Shown in pieces: positions 8,759 through 18,852 of a DNA stretch of 64,000 nucleotides. Source of the stretch: Endomicrobiales bacterium (GTDB taxonomy: Bacteria > Elusimicrobiota > Endomicrobiia > Endomicrobiales > JALOBY01); contig CAWCNJ010000005.1 in assembly GCA_963796955.1 (NCBI GenBank), positions 200,598 to 264,597 on the forward strand. The letters are read 5' to 3'. The notes under the pieces were generated by a model. That model did not search any database, was not told the DNA's origin, and worked only from the letters and a program-made list of their open reading frames with translations. The translations under genes were made by a program, and so were the position numbers. Positions within the stretch are counted from its first letter, which is position 1, and every line of letters begins with the position of its first letter.

Positions 8759-9919
8759 ATGATAATAACGCGCGAGATAAATAAAGAGTTGCTGTGTTCC
8801 GCCAAGAAATATCCCGTGGTTACCATCACGGGGCCCCGCCAGTCTGGAAAAACCACCCTTGCAAAAACCGCATTCCCCAAAAAGCCATATTTTAGCATGG
8901 AGGACCCTGATGTTCGCGAGGCCGCTATCGGTGACCCGCGTGGGTTTTTTGCCGGCCTTAAGGGCGGGGCGGTTATTGATGAAATACAGCGCGCGCCGGT
9001 GTTGTTGTCATATATTCAGGGCATCGTTGACAAAACGGGGAAAACCGGGCAATTCATTCTTACTGGCAGCCAGCAGCTTGAGTTGGCCGGCACCATTTCG
9101 CAATCTCTGGCGGGCAGAACCGCGATGCTTAAACTTCTGCCGTTTTCCATTGCGGAACTTTCCCAGATGCGGAAACAGCCGCAGGTTGATGATATGCTCT
9201 TAAGCGGTTTTTATCCCAGGGTACATGAGAAAAAGATACAGCCGGCAAAAGCTTACCGGGATTATTTTGAGACCTATATTCAACGGGATCTTAGGCAGCT
9301 GATACAGATAAAAGACCTGCACCTATTCCAAAAATTTGTCAGGCTGTGCGCGGGCAGGATAGGCAGCATATTTGTAGCTAGCAATCTTGCTAATGAGGTT
9401 GGGGTCTCTATTACTACCATACAATCATGGGTCTCTATACTAGAAGCTTCCTATATAGTATTTTTGCTGCAGCCATATTACGAAAATATAGGAAAACGGC
9501 TGATTAAATCTCCAAAAATGTATTTTTATGATGTTGGCGTAGCGTCATATTTGCTGGGCATTGAAAATGTTACGCAAATGATGCGTGACCCGTTGCGCGG
9601 ATCATTAATAGAGAACCTGGTGCTTATGGAATTGGTGAAAAAACGGTTGAATGCCGGATTGGATCCCGCGTTGTATTTTTATCGAGACAGCCATCAAAAC
9701 GAAGTGGATGTTGTTTTCAAGACCGGGAATGAACTGGTTCCTTATGAAATAAAATCCGCCCAAACATTCCAAATGTCATGGTTCAAGCAGCTTAATTATT
9801 TCTCAGGTGTATTTGCTGGCCGTGTAAAGCGCGGTTATGTGGCCTACACGGGCGAGCACGAACAGAAGATTGGAATATTTCAGCTGATCAAATACAGTAA
9901 CGCAGCAAAGTCGCTATAG
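8759..9919 (+). CDS. AAA_14 ATPase with DUF4143-type C-terminus
   Basis: GPRQSGKT, IDEIQ, ILTGS, EVD..EIKS; promoter TTGACA-17-TACTAT at 8724-8752 suggests a leaderless start at 8759. Confidence 0.9.
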   Translation: MIITREINKELLCSAKKYPVVTITGPRQSGKTTLAKTAFPKKPYFSMEDPDVREAAIGDPRGFFAGLKGGAVIDEIQRAPVLLSYIQGIVDKTGKTGQFILTGSQQLELAGTISQSLAGRTAMLKLLPFSIAELSQMRKQPQVDDMLLSGFYPRVHEKKIQPAKAYRDYFETYIQRDLRQLIQIKDLHLFQKFVRLCAGRIGSIFVASNLANEVGVSITTIQSWVSILEASYIVFLLQPYYENIGKRLIKSPKMYFYDVGVASYLLGIENVTQMMRDPLRGSLIENLVLMELVKKRLNAGLDPALYFYRDSHQNEVDVVFKTGNELVPYEIKSAQTFQMSWFKQLNYFSGVFAGRVKRGYVAYTGEHEQKIGIFQLIKYSNAAKSL

Positions 9920-9948
9920 AGTATCGGTGTCAGACGAGATCATATTAA

Positions 9949-10434
9949 ATGAAGACAGGCATTTATAAGAACATTGTAGTTATTATTGCACTCGTGGGGC
10001 TTGGCGGCTGCGCGACAGTTTTTAACGACCAGGAGCGAAGTGACTTGGTGCGTCTTGAAAACAACGGTGATTCCGCGCTTTTGCAAAACAAGGCGGTTAC
10101 CAGAAGCATATTACTTGCTCATTTTAAGAAATGGAAGGGCACAAAGTACGTATACGGCGGCTCGGGTAGAAATGGCATTGATTGCTCGGGATTCATCTAC
10201 CAGGCATTCTTATCAGAGTTTGGCATACAACTGCCCAGAGAAAGCATCGTACAGGGCGAAGTCGGCTACGATATTCCCGTTGAACTTCTTCAGCCGGGTG
10301 ACCTTGACAATCAGGGACGTTGTCAAGATGTCAAGATACTGAATAGTTCGACCATAGCACTAAGGCAGGAATTATTTGAAACGATCGTTTCCTGTCCGGT
10401 AGGCGGGCTGAAACTCAACGGGGTCAGCTCTTGA
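9949..10434 (+). pseudogene. Truncated duplicate of the NlpC/P60 lipoprotein
   Basis: Near-identical to 10476 up to PGDL, then unrelated tail; lacks the catalytic His. Confidence 0.85.
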
Positions 10435-10475
10435 AACTGGAAGCAGTGGAATAGTGTCAGACGAGATTGTATTAA

Positions 10476-10991
10476 ATGAAGACAGGCATTTATAAGAGCA
10501 TTGTAGTTATTATTGCACTCGTGGGGCTTGGCGGCTGCGCGACAGTTTTTAACGACCAGGAGCGAAGCGACTTGGTGCGTCTTGAAAATAACGGTGATTC
10601 CGCGCTTTTGCAAAACAAGGCGGTTACCAGAAGCATATTGCTTGCTCATTTTAAGAAATGGAAGGGCACAAAGTACGTATACGGCGGCTCGGGCAGAAAT
10701 GGCATTGATTGCTCAGGATTCATCTGCCAGGCATTCTTGTCAGAGTTTGGCATACAACTGCCCAGAGAAAGCATCATACAGGGCGAAGTCGGCTACGATA
10801 TTCCCGTTGAACTTCTTCAGCCGGGTGACCTGGTGTTCTTTAAGCTGGGCGTAAACCAGAACCACGCGGGAATATATCTGGACAATAACGATTTCATCCA
10901 TGCCGCATTAAGCAAAGGCGTAACGCGCTCCAGCCTGAATGACCCATACTGGCATGCCAGGTTCTGGAAAGCCCGAAGGGTCAGCAAATAG
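10476..10991 (+). CDS. NlpC/P60 (C40) peptidoglycan peptidase lipoprotein
   Basis: Lipobox LGGC, GIDCSGF, HAGIY, FIHA. Confidence 0.93.
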   Translation: MKTGIYKSIVVIIALVGLGGCATVFNDQERSDLVRLENNGDSALLQNKAVTRSILLAHFKKWKGTKYVYGGSGRNGIDCSGFICQAFLSEFGIQLPRESIIQGEVGYDIPVELLQPGDLVFFKLGVNQNHAGIYLDNNDFIHAALSKGVTRSSLNDPYWHARFWKARRVSK

Positions 10992-11127
10992 GGGCTATCC
11001 GGGACGGAGTCAACTTGATAACTTAACGGTACTGTGTTGGGGCATGGGACACTGATCCCGATCAATGGGAATCTATAATGAATAATAGGGACATCCTTGG
11101 GTAATTAGTTGTTGAAAGGAGCGGGAA

Positions 11128-11376
11128 ATGCGGCGCAATAGCAGGGGGATCTCTATCGTTGGGGTTGTGGTGGCGTTGTTGGTGATCGGCGGTTTGTATC
11201 TTTGGTACACGCGGGGCGGGCTGAAGGACGCGGCCCGCAATGCCCAGGACCGGTACACGGGGGATGTTATCGGCAAAGTGCAGACGAAAACGCTGGCCCA
11301 GGACGCGGCCAACAAGGCGAATGACGCCGTAAAGAATATGGAAGACCAAACTAACAAGGCCCTGGATCAGAATTAA
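11128..11376 (+). CDS. Small membrane-anchored protein with prepilin-like N-terminus
   Basis: RG-ISIVGVVVALLVIG; lacks Glu at +5. Confidence 0.6.
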   Translation: MRRNSRGISIVGVVVALLVIGGLYLWYTRGGLKDAARNAQDRYTGDVIGKVQTKTLAQDAANKANDAVKNMEDQTNKALDQN

Positions 11377-11397
11377 CTTAAGAGGTGACAAGCTGAC

Positions 11398-11649
11398 ATG
11401 AAAGCGACCGTGAAGCGCTGCGGTAAGATCATCGGGCGCGGTCACAACCGGAGGGTGCAAAAGATAGGCGAAAACACAACCTTCAAGGGCCCGGAAAGCT
11501 ACTCTCGCAGGCGAGGCGTAAAACTGATAAACCTTAACCTTCCCGAATGCAAGGAAATGATGAAGAGCTTTACAGCCGGAAAACCGAAATTATGGAATGA
11601 AGACATCGGGGTTTGTAGGGGTCGCAGACAAGTAGATCGTCAACAATAA
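11398..11649 (+). pseudogene. Cytosine/nucleoside deaminase remnant with internal deletion
   Basis: IIGRGHNRRVQ joined directly to IGEN..F..WNEDIG; HAE and PCxxC absent. Confidence 0.75.
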
Positions 11650-11662
11650 GGGCGGACAGCTG

Positions 11663-12442
11663 ATGAAAAAACGTATGCCGGTTATATTTATCGGGCACGG
11701 CTCACCGATGAATGCGCTGCAGGACAACGCGTTTACAAAAACGCTTCATGTGGTGGCGCAAAGCATGGAAACGCCAAAAGCTATTGTCTGCATTTCGGCC
11801 CACTGGCAAACCAACGGCACATATATTACCGGTTCGAGCGAACCGGAGCAGATCTACGATTTTTACGGTTTCCCGCAAGAACTGTATGACATTAAGTATA
11901 AACCGAAAGGCGCGCCGGCGCTTGCAAAAGAGACGAAGCGGCTTTTGCTGGGCGCTAATGCCGGTTTAGACATGGCCCGGGGTATTGACCATGGGACGTG
12001 GGCTGTGCTTAAACACCTCTACCCTCAGTGCAATGTTCCGGTAATTCAGATCAGTCTGGACGCGGCGAAACCCTCGCGGGAACATTTTGCTATTGGCAGG
12101 TTGTTATCTGAGTTACGGAATGAAGGTGTGCTTATCATAGGAAGCGGCAATATAGTTCATAACCTCTCTATGATAGACTGGGCACAGTTCGCAAAACACT
12201 CGCCCGGGTGGGCGCTGGATTTTGACAGATATGTTAAAGACGCACTGAACGCAGGGAACGATGATAAACTTATAGCCTACGGCGACAACCGCAGTGCGGC
12301 CTATGCCGTTGCAACAAACGAGCATTATCTCCCCATGCTGTATGCCTGCGCTTTAAGGAGCAAGGGGGAAAAACTCGAGTACATCCATGAGGGTTTCCAG
12401 CACGCATCAATTTCAATGCGCAGTTTTGTGATAGGGTTATAA
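11663..12442 (+). CDS. ygiD: 4,5-DOPA extradiol dioxygenase (LigB fold)
   Basis: GHGSPM, SAHW, DHG, GSGNIVHNL, EHYLP. Confidence 0.9.
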   Translation: MKKRMPVIFIGHGSPMNALQDNAFTKTLHVVAQSMETPKAIVCISAHWQTNGTYITGSSEPEQIYDFYGFPQELYDIKYKPKGAPALAKETKRLLLGANAGLDMARGIDHGTWAVLKHLYPQCNVPVIQISLDAAKPSREHFAIGRLLSELRNEGVLIIGSGNIVHNLSMIDWAQFAKHSPGWALDFDRYVKDALNAGNDDKLIAYGDNRSAAYAVATNEHYLPMLYACALRSKGEKLEYIHEGFQHASISMRSFVIGL

Positions 12443-12542
12443 TAGAGTAACCTGCTATTTTGTCAGGAAGTTGCCAACGATGGCAAAATAGCCGCCAATA
12501 TCGGAAGACAAAAATGAATAGAGCAATACAGTTGGGGCGGAT

Positions 12543-13049
12543 ATGAAGAAGAAAGTAATCGTCAACGATATGATGCAGAAGAATTACTGTTATGAATTGG
12601 TTGAGAAACCGGGTTGCAATTTTGATGAGCGTTTTAATCCGGAATTGACGCCGAAACAGATGCTGAGGCTGGGTGTCTTTGGCGGCAAATATATGACTGA
12701 TTGCCGGAAAGAATTTCCCGCGGATTGGTTTGCCGGCGCGAAATTGTGCCGCGAACGGCATGATGCCTCGCTGAATTATTTTAAGGTTAACGCCAGCCAG
12801 CCGCTCTCCGTGTGGCGAAAGAAAGGGTGGATATACAGCTCCGATCCGAGAGGCTGGTTCCAGTGGTACTGTAGGTACTATAGCGGGCGGCGCCTGCCTG
12901 CTGAGGACAATATCCAAATAGTACGGTGGCTTGCCATTCGCCGCCATGGAGCGCAGCTGCGAAAGAATTGCGCGCCCGGAGATATTGCGTGCAGGCCCAG
13001 ACAACGCCAGGCGTTGTTACACTGGGCGTATGACAGCAGGGAAATATAG
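12543..13049 (+). CDS. Conserved hypothetical Trp/Arg-rich protein
   Basis: LTP..ML.LGVFGGKY and DPRGWFQWYCRYY.GRR. Confidence 0.75.
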   Translation: MKKKVIVNDMMQKNYCYELVEKPGCNFDERFNPELTPKQMLRLGVFGGKYMTDCRKEFPADWFAGAKLCRERHDASLNYFKVNASQPLSVWRKKGWIYSSDPRGWFQWYCRYYSGRRLPAEDNIQIVRWLAIRRHGAQLRKNCAPGDIACRPRQRQALLHWAYDSREI

Positions 13050-13076
13050 AAGACCCCATATTTATAAGGCGGTGCG

Positions 13077-13463
13077 ATGGCTTACATTGTTTGGCAGCGT
13101 AACTATTCTGTAGGCGTTCCTTCCATTGACTTGCAGCATGAAAAACTGGTCGGCATAATTAATACCTTATATGACCGTGTAAGCAATGGGAAGGCGTCGG
13201 AAGGGTTTAGTGAATTATTGAACCAATTGCGCGCCTATGCTGATTATCATTTTCGTCACGAGGAAATTTTGCTTGGGGATGTAAATTATAGCGATCTAAA
13301 AGAGCAAAACAGCAGTCACAACGCTTATCGCGCACGAATGGCTGCACTGTCAGGCGCGGAGTGCGACCCCACAGAGTTGCTGGCGTTCCTTAAAGATTGG
13401 TGGGTGAACCACATAACCAAATCAGACATGCTGTATAAAGATGCGCTTAAAGGAACACCGTAG
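13077..13463 (+). CDS. Bacteriohemerythrin
   Basis: W..YSVG..ID.QH, HF..EE, WW.NHI..D. Confidence 0.92.
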   Translation: MAYIVWQRNYSVGVPSIDLQHEKLVGIINTLYDRVSNGKASEGFSELLNQLRAYADYHFRHEEILLGDVNYSDLKEQNSSHNAYRARMAALSGAECDPTELLAFLKDWWVNHITKSDMLYKDALKGTP

Positions 13464-13498
13464 ATCGATAGAGTCGGTCTTGCCGAAAAAGGATTTTT

Positions 13499-13900
13499 AT
13501 GTCAACGAGCATGCGCTACGAAATAGACACGCAGGCGGGCCTTGTGTGTATTACTTACACGGAAAACCTTCTCAGTTTTTTTGAATGGAATAAGGTAATG
13601 AACCTTATTCTTCATGACCCGCTTTTTAAGCCGGGGTACGGCTTTCTGATCGATCGCCGCAGTATTACCGTCGTCCCGGAAAAGGGTTTCGGTAAAAGTG
13701 TTGCTTTGTATATCCAGGCGCATATTCAGGAATTGCGGGATAGCCATTTCGCGGTGGTCGTCAGCGGGCTGGCGACGTATGGGATAATGCGTATGCTGCA
13801 AGGGTTTATGGGCGAGACCGAGCATTTTATGATATATCGCGATATCGAAAAAGCGAAGCAGTGGCTGGCAGAAAAAGCCGCGGGCACCGTGGAACGCTGA
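13499..13900 (+). CDS. STAS/SEC14-like (SpoIIAA-like) protein
   Basis: LIDRR, AVVV..YG..RM, A..WL pattern; similar to 31277. Confidence 0.6.
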   Translation: MSTSMRYEIDTQAGLVCITYTENLLSFFEWNKVMNLILHDPLFKPGYGFLIDRRSITVVPEKGFGKSVALYIQAHIQELRDSHFAVVVSGLATYGIMRMLQGFMGETEHFMIYRDIEKAKQWLAEKAAGTVER

Positions 13901-14083
13901 TAAGAAATACCCACGCGGCACAATGGGAGATAGGATGCGTTTAAAACGGGTGAATACCGCCGAGAAAGAAAAAGCATCGAATGTGATACAGCGTCTACGC
14001 GCGGACTTTTCCATAGAGCATGTTGTTGAAAAAGACAGGTAACACCGGCAGGGTTTTAGATATTAATACGTACTAAGGAAGCT

Positions 14084-14326
14084 ATGGCTGAACACACGTC
14101 TAAAGACCCTTTGCACGGGGTTACCCTGGAAAAGATACTTGAGCACCTGGTTACAACCTATGGCTGGCCGAAGCTTGCAGAGATCATTGTTGTGCGGTGT
14201 TTTTATAACGAGCCGAGTATAAAGTCCAGCTTAAAGTTCCTGCGCAAAACACCCTGGGCGCGCAAAGCCGTTGAAGACCTGTGGGTACGGACAACCGCCC
14301 GCCAGGCCCAGGAACGGCGCAGTTAG
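14084..14326 (+). CDS. VF530 family DNA-binding protein
   Basis: [26 protein letters not shown]. Confidence 0.92.
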   Translation: MAEHTSKDPLHGVTLEKILEHLVTTYGWPKLAEIIVVRCFYNEPSIKSSLKFLRKTPWARKAVEDLWVRTTARQAQERRS

Positions 14327-14364
14327 ATATTCGATAATGTTGTGACATTGTAGAGCGCATTGGC

Positions 14365-15321
14365 TTACCCTACCAACACCCGCAGGCGCCGCGGTTCTTC
14401 TCCCAGCCAGGCGGGGTTGGAGGCAGTGCCGTCGAATAGGGATGTAGTTTTGAACGGCTCGAATTGGCCGTGCGCGGCAGCCGAGGCTGTTCTTTGCAGC
14501 AGCGCGCTCACCTGCTCCGCGCTGAGCGGGCGGAATGTGCGGGCCGCCTCGAAGGCCTGATCAAGTATTTTCATGCTGTCTATCCCGGTTATTACCACGG
14601 ACGTCGGAAGGTTCATGGCGTAATGCAGACATTCCACGGCGCTTACCGTTTTGGAGCTGAGTATTATACCGTCGGCCATGCATTTCATTCCTAGAACACC
14701 GATGTTATGTTTTACCAGTTCCGGCAGCACCTCTTTTTCAAAGCTTCTGAAATGCGCGTCCATAACGTTCAGCGGCATCTGAACGGCATCGAATGAAAAA
14801 TTGTGCGCGGCCGCGACCGCGAGCATACGCAGATGTATCTTCGGGTCTTTGTGCCCCGTAAAGCCGATGAAGCGCAGCTTGCCGGCCTTGCGCGCGGCGA
14901 TAAGGGCGGCATTCGCGCCTTCCTCATCGAAGATCCTGTCGGGATCATCGAACCTGATAACCTCATGGTGCTGCACAAGGTCAATGGTCTCTACCTTCAG
15001 CCTGCGCAGCGATGCCTCCAGCTGCCGGGTAGCCTCCGAGGCCGAGCGTCCGTCTATCTTGGTCATAAGGAACGCTTTTTCCCTGTAGCCCTCGCCCAGC
15101 GCCTTGCCCATGCGCAATTCGCACGCCCCGTCGAAATAATCCCAGGAATTATCCATAAAATTAATACCCCGGTCTATGGCTGAGCGTACAATGCGCATGC
15201 TTAACTGTTCGCTGACAGCCGGCTGCCCCAGGTGCCACCCTCCAAGGCCGATAGCTGAGACCTGTTCGCCGGTACTGCCAAGTAATCTGTATTGCATCTC
15301 TTCAACAGGGATAGAATTCAT
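14365..15321 (-). CDS. Aldo/keto reductase
   Basis: VSAIGLGG, GINFMD..Y, TK, SLRRL..IDL. Confidence 0.92.
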   Translation of the reverse strand: MNSIPVEEMQYRLLGSTGEQVSAIGLGGWHLGQPAVSEQLSMRIVRSAIDRGINFMDNSWDYFDGACELRMGKALGEGYREKAFLMTKIDGRSASEATRQLEASLRRLKVETIDLVQHHEVIRFDDPDRIFDEEGANAALIAARKAGKLRFIGFTGHKDPKIHLRMLAVAAAHNFSFDAVQMPLNVMDAHFRSFEKEVLPELVKHNIGVLGMKCMADGIILSSKTVSAVECLHYAMNLPTSVVITGIDSMKILDQAFEAARTFRPLSAEQVSALLQRTASAAAHGQFEPFKTTSLFDGTASNPAWLGEEPRRLRVLVG

Positions 15322-15506
15322 AGAATAGCTCCTGATTATTGAACTGCCGATATTCTTCTAATGTCCATGACCAGCACTTTTATATAATTAGTAGATATCG
15401 ACAGGCTACCATAATGAAGGGTTCAAATTACATAGTCCGATACCCCCGGCGGCTGTCCGTATTCTGGAGGTTTGTCGGGGTGCACCGGCCCCGGACAATA
15501 CGAAAT

Positions 15507-15540
15507 AAAAGACCACACCCTGTTACCGTGTGGTCTTTTT
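15507..15540. terminator. Bidirectional intrinsic terminator
   Basis: AAAAGACCACAC..GTGTGGTCTTTT. Confidence 0.75.
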
Positions 15541-15589
15541 GTTTAGAGTTACTTGAGCGATTTGTTGTTAATGGAAGGTGAATAACCCG

Positions 15590-16141
15590 CTATTTTGTAA
15601 GGAAGATACCGACGATAGCAAAATACCCTCCGCACAATGCCAATATGGAGCCGACGTACCATAGGGGACGCCGTTTGGTGATCAATGTAACCGACGAGAG
15701 CATTATGGCTATCTGCAAAAAGATAAGGGCAATGCTTAGCTTGCCTGAGCGTTGTTGATTCAGTAGTTTATCGGCTTCCATTGCTTCGGCTTGTTTCTTG
15801 ATGTCGTCCTTTTCAGCGCCGTAGCGAGTGATGTTGGAAGCATCCAGCTCTATGGTTTTATCAAATTGCTGCTGAACGCTTTTGGTGAATACACATCGTT
15901 GGGCCGCCAGCTGAAGTTCCAGATTCTGTTTTTGTATCTCGTAAGCGTGCTGTTTTATGCTTTTGGCCTGGTAGTACGACCACTGGTTGGTTATCTGCCC
16001 CTGCAAAAGGGCGGTGCGCGACGAGTATTTGCCCATATACAACGTTACAACGCCCGCAACAACGGCCATTATGGACAGTGACAAAGCAACCCATATGGTC
16101 CAGGTTTCTGTTTTGTTATCGCTCACTTTTTCGCTCCTCAT
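15590..16141 (-). CDS. DUF4337-like membrane protein
   Basis: NQWSYYQAKSIK, LQIAIMLSS. Confidence 0.8.
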   Translation of the reverse strand: MRSEKVSDNKTETWTIWVALSLSIMAVVAGVVTLYMGKYSSRTALLQGQITNQWSYYQAKSIKQHAYEIQKQNLELQLAAQRCVFTKSVQQQFDKTIELDASNITRYGAEKDDIKKQAEAMEADKLLNQQRSGKLSIALIFLQIAIMLSSVTLITKRRPLWYVGSILALCGGYFAIVGIFLTK

Positions 16142-16239
16142 TTCGCTGAAGTGTGAACATTATACAAAAGTTCACATAAATCCTACAAACAACGCATATT
16201 TTAAAAGGGAATAATTTTTCTGAACTTACTGCTGGTGTG

Positions 16240-17145
16240 TTAATGGAAGTAGTCGCGGGCGCCGGTGTCTTTTGAGGAGTTCAGGAGCGGCAGAATAAAG
16301 GCATTATATTTTGCTTCCGTGCTTGTCGGGTACTCATTGAGTATCTGCTGGTACAGGCGGATCGCGTTGTCGCGGGCGGCTGGGCCCTGCCGGGCGAAAT
16401 AGCCGGAGCGCACGGCGGTGAAATCCAAACCGAGTGCGTCCAGCTGCGGGGCGGGGATAACAGAGAGGCACCACAAAGTGTCGTAGGCGCGCGCCAGCGA
16501 ATAAAGCGCTTCCAGTCTATAGCGTGTGTCGGGGTGATCGTTCAAAAACCTGGGGATCTCAACAATAACTACTTCCGCGAAACAATTGTGCGGCGGCAGG
16601 TCCATGAAGGCAGATTCCTTGCGGTAATCGCTTTCCGTCGGTGAATTAAGAAGGTCGATAAAACCTTTCTGTCCCCACATCGTACCGGTGAAATGTTCGC
16701 TGAGCGTGATAAGCGGCGGGTCCACCAACCGGTTTGCCGGATCCTTGTCATACGATATCCCGAATTTCTTAAGTTCCTCCGCGCCGTTGACAGTGGTGTA
16801 TGCGGGAAAGCCGAGCGACAACAGGTAATACGCGGCGGCTGTCCTCTCGTCCGATAATGAAGCGCCGTAACAGGTGTTCAATAATTGCAGTAAATCTCCG
16901 CTTGTGGCACGCGGGTTCCCGCACAAGGAGCCTTTTGCCTCGGACAATAGCCGGGCCCGTTCGGCACCCCTCACAAAATATTTCTCCTGCAGGGCATGTT
17001 TCAGCCCGCCTTTGATCCTGGCCGTATCGTTTTGCGGCGCGGCCGGTATTGTCTGCGGTCTTTGCGGAGCCATGGTCTGGCATCCAACAAGAAATGCCGC
17101 AAACAGCGCACAGCCTAAAGGTAAAAAAATACTTTTTGTATTCAT
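16240..17145 (-). CDS. Hypothetical lipoprotein with TPR-like helices
   Basis: Lipobox LVGC; YQQILNEYP. Confidence 0.65.
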   Translation of the reverse strand: MNTKSIFLPLGCALFAAFLVGCQTMAPQRPQTIPAAPQNDTARIKGGLKHALQEKYFVRGAERARLLSEAKGSLCGNPRATSGDLLQLLNTCYGASLSDERTAAAYYLLSLGFPAYTTVNGAEELKKFGISYDKDPANRLVDPPLITLSEHFTGTMWGQKGFIDLLNSPTESDYRKESAFMDLPPHNCFAEVVIVEIPRFLNDHPDTRYRLEALYSLARAYDTLWCLSVIPAPQLDALGLDFTAVRSGYFARQGPAARDNAIRLYQQILNEYPTSTEAKYNAFILPLLNSSKDTGARDYFH

Positions 17146-17238
17146 ATAACGATTATAACCCTTTCCTGCGTCCCATTGCAAGCGCCTTGTATTAATTCTA
17201 CTTACATTGTATACTGGTGGCGAAACGAAGGGTTACCA

Positions 17239-18207
17239 ATGACGAAGCGATCTATTTTGCGATGTAGTTATTTTCTGGGCGTGCTGCTTTGTGCTTGTTC
17301 GGTTGCGTCGCACGCGGACCTTGGCGTTGAAAATACCCAGGGGCCCGGTTCGTACCAGGACAGCGTATTAAACCTCGATGCGGATCTGACAAACCAATTA
17401 AATTTTGCAATTGGTTATGAGCAGGCAGCCAGTTCTACCTCAACTTCCGGGGACATTACTAAAACCTACACCGCCGCTCTTACCTTCAAGCCGCTTGGGC
17501 ACTATTCATTCGGTCTGAATGGTTCTAACTCGCCTGAAATGAACGACGCCAGATCGACCGGCTGGGGCGCAAATTTTTCGTACACCAGCGCAATGCCGGA
17601 AATCAGTTCAGATACCGTTGCTGCCGGCGAGAAAGAAGCCGGGCCTGAAAACTTCACCTGGGGCTTTTCGGCGGCATATGGAGCAAATATTTTGGGTGAA
17701 TATATCGATTACAACACTTATCAGAAAAAGTCATTAAGAAAGGGCAAGTTTATTCTTCTCGCAGTCGACCACTCAGACTGGTACTCACTGAAGCAAACAG
17801 TATGCAGCCCCGGCCTCACTTGTACTCTTTTCCAACTGATCGATCTCAACGCCGGCTATTCACGCTATTCTTACGATAAGGACATTGGTATATTTTCGCA
17901 GCGGTTGACGAGGTTATCCGGATCAAAAGGCGTGAAGAACGCGAACTTCGGCGCCGCTACCGGAGCAATCGACGGCTTTCCGGACAATAGTGCCTGCGCC
18001 GGTATCGCGGTATCGCCGCTTGACTGTTTAAAACTTGAGTATGCATGGTCACGGACAGTATATGTGCTTGATCAGCCGCAGGAGGATTCGTCCACCTTCA
18101 CGTTGTACTATACGGTTCTGTCAACTCTGCAATTAAAAGCCGCTTATAATATATTGTCCACGAACGTGGTGTACACAACACTCGGCTTAAAATGGTTATG
18201 GCAATGA
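17239..18207 (+). CDS. Putative outer-membrane beta-barrel protein
   Basis: Signal peptide, amphipathic strands, terminal GLKWLWQ. Confidence 0.6.
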   Translation: MTKRSILRCSYFLGVLLCACSVASHADLGVENTQGPGSYQDSVLNLDADLTNQLNFAIGYEQAASSTSTSGDITKTYTAALTFKPLGHYSFGLNGSNSPEMNDARSTGWGANFSYTSAMPEISSDTVAAGEKEAGPENFTWGFSAAYGANILGEYIDYNTYQKKSLRKGKFILLAVDHSDWYSLKQTVCSPGLTCTLFQLIDLNAGYSRYSYDKDIGIFSQRLTRLSGSKGVKNANFGAATGAIDGFPDNSACAGIAVSPLDCLKLEYAWSRTVYVLDQPQEDSSTFTLYYTVLSTLQLKAAYNILSTNVVYTTLGLKWLWQ

Positions 18208-18337
18208 AACCTTTTTTCAATGTATGCAGTCTAAGTTGTGGTTGGCGACACTGAAAGGAGGTGAGGAGCAGTCACGCCAGGTATAGTTACATTAATAAGC
18301 GGCGGGGGAATACTGTTGTTAATCAGGAGAGATACCT

Positions 18338-18679
18338 ATGTGGAAAAAAATTTTAGCGGTCGCGGTCTGTGTGGTGTCGGTGACGGGTTCTATCGTTTTT
18401 GCGGAAACCCCGGTCATTAACGCACGGGAAAAGAACCAGATGCACCGCATTAAGCAGGGTGTAAAAAGCGGTAAATTAACAAAGGAGCAGGCCAAACAGC
18501 TTCGCTCTGAGGTCAAAGCCGACAAGCAGGAAAAGCGGGACATGATAAAGGCAAACGGCGGCAAGCCTCTTACGGCCGAGCAACGCCAGAGCCTGAAACA
18601 GAATTTGAACCAGAGCAGCAAGCAGATCTATCAGGAAAAACACCCCGGCGCACCGGCTCCAACCGGCACCGCTCAGTAA
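18338..18679 (+). CDS. Secreted small helical protein
   Basis: Signal peptide; NAREKNQ..RIKQGVKSG.LT; terminator at 18705-18751. Confidence 0.75.
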   Translation: MWKKILAVAVCVVSVTGSIVFAETPVINAREKNQMHRIKQGVKSGKLTKEQAKQLRSEVKADKQEKRDMIKANGGKPLTAEQRQSLKQNLNQSSKQIYQEKHPGAPAPTGTAQ

Positions 18680-18770
18680 CATCTTAGCTTAGACGATTCA
18701 CCTTAATACATCCATTGCGTTCAACGTCCCGAACACAATGGATGTATTTTTATTCGCCATGGTCATCCAG

Positions 18771-18824
18771 GTCAGTCACGGAGGCATGGAAGGCATTTTT
18801 TGCCGGTATGGGATTTGGTACTAT
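18771..18824 (+). promoter_or_regulatory. GTCA-N44-(-10) promoter
   Basis: GTCAGTCACGGAGGCAT..TGG TACTAT. Confidence 0.55.
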
Positions 18825-18852
18825 TGCATATCAGCTGTAAAAGGAGGATACC

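Noticed and set aside
12462..12515. Additional GTCA promoter copy
   Set aside because: Hexamer at 44 nt is AAAAAT and the second half-site is absent; too weak
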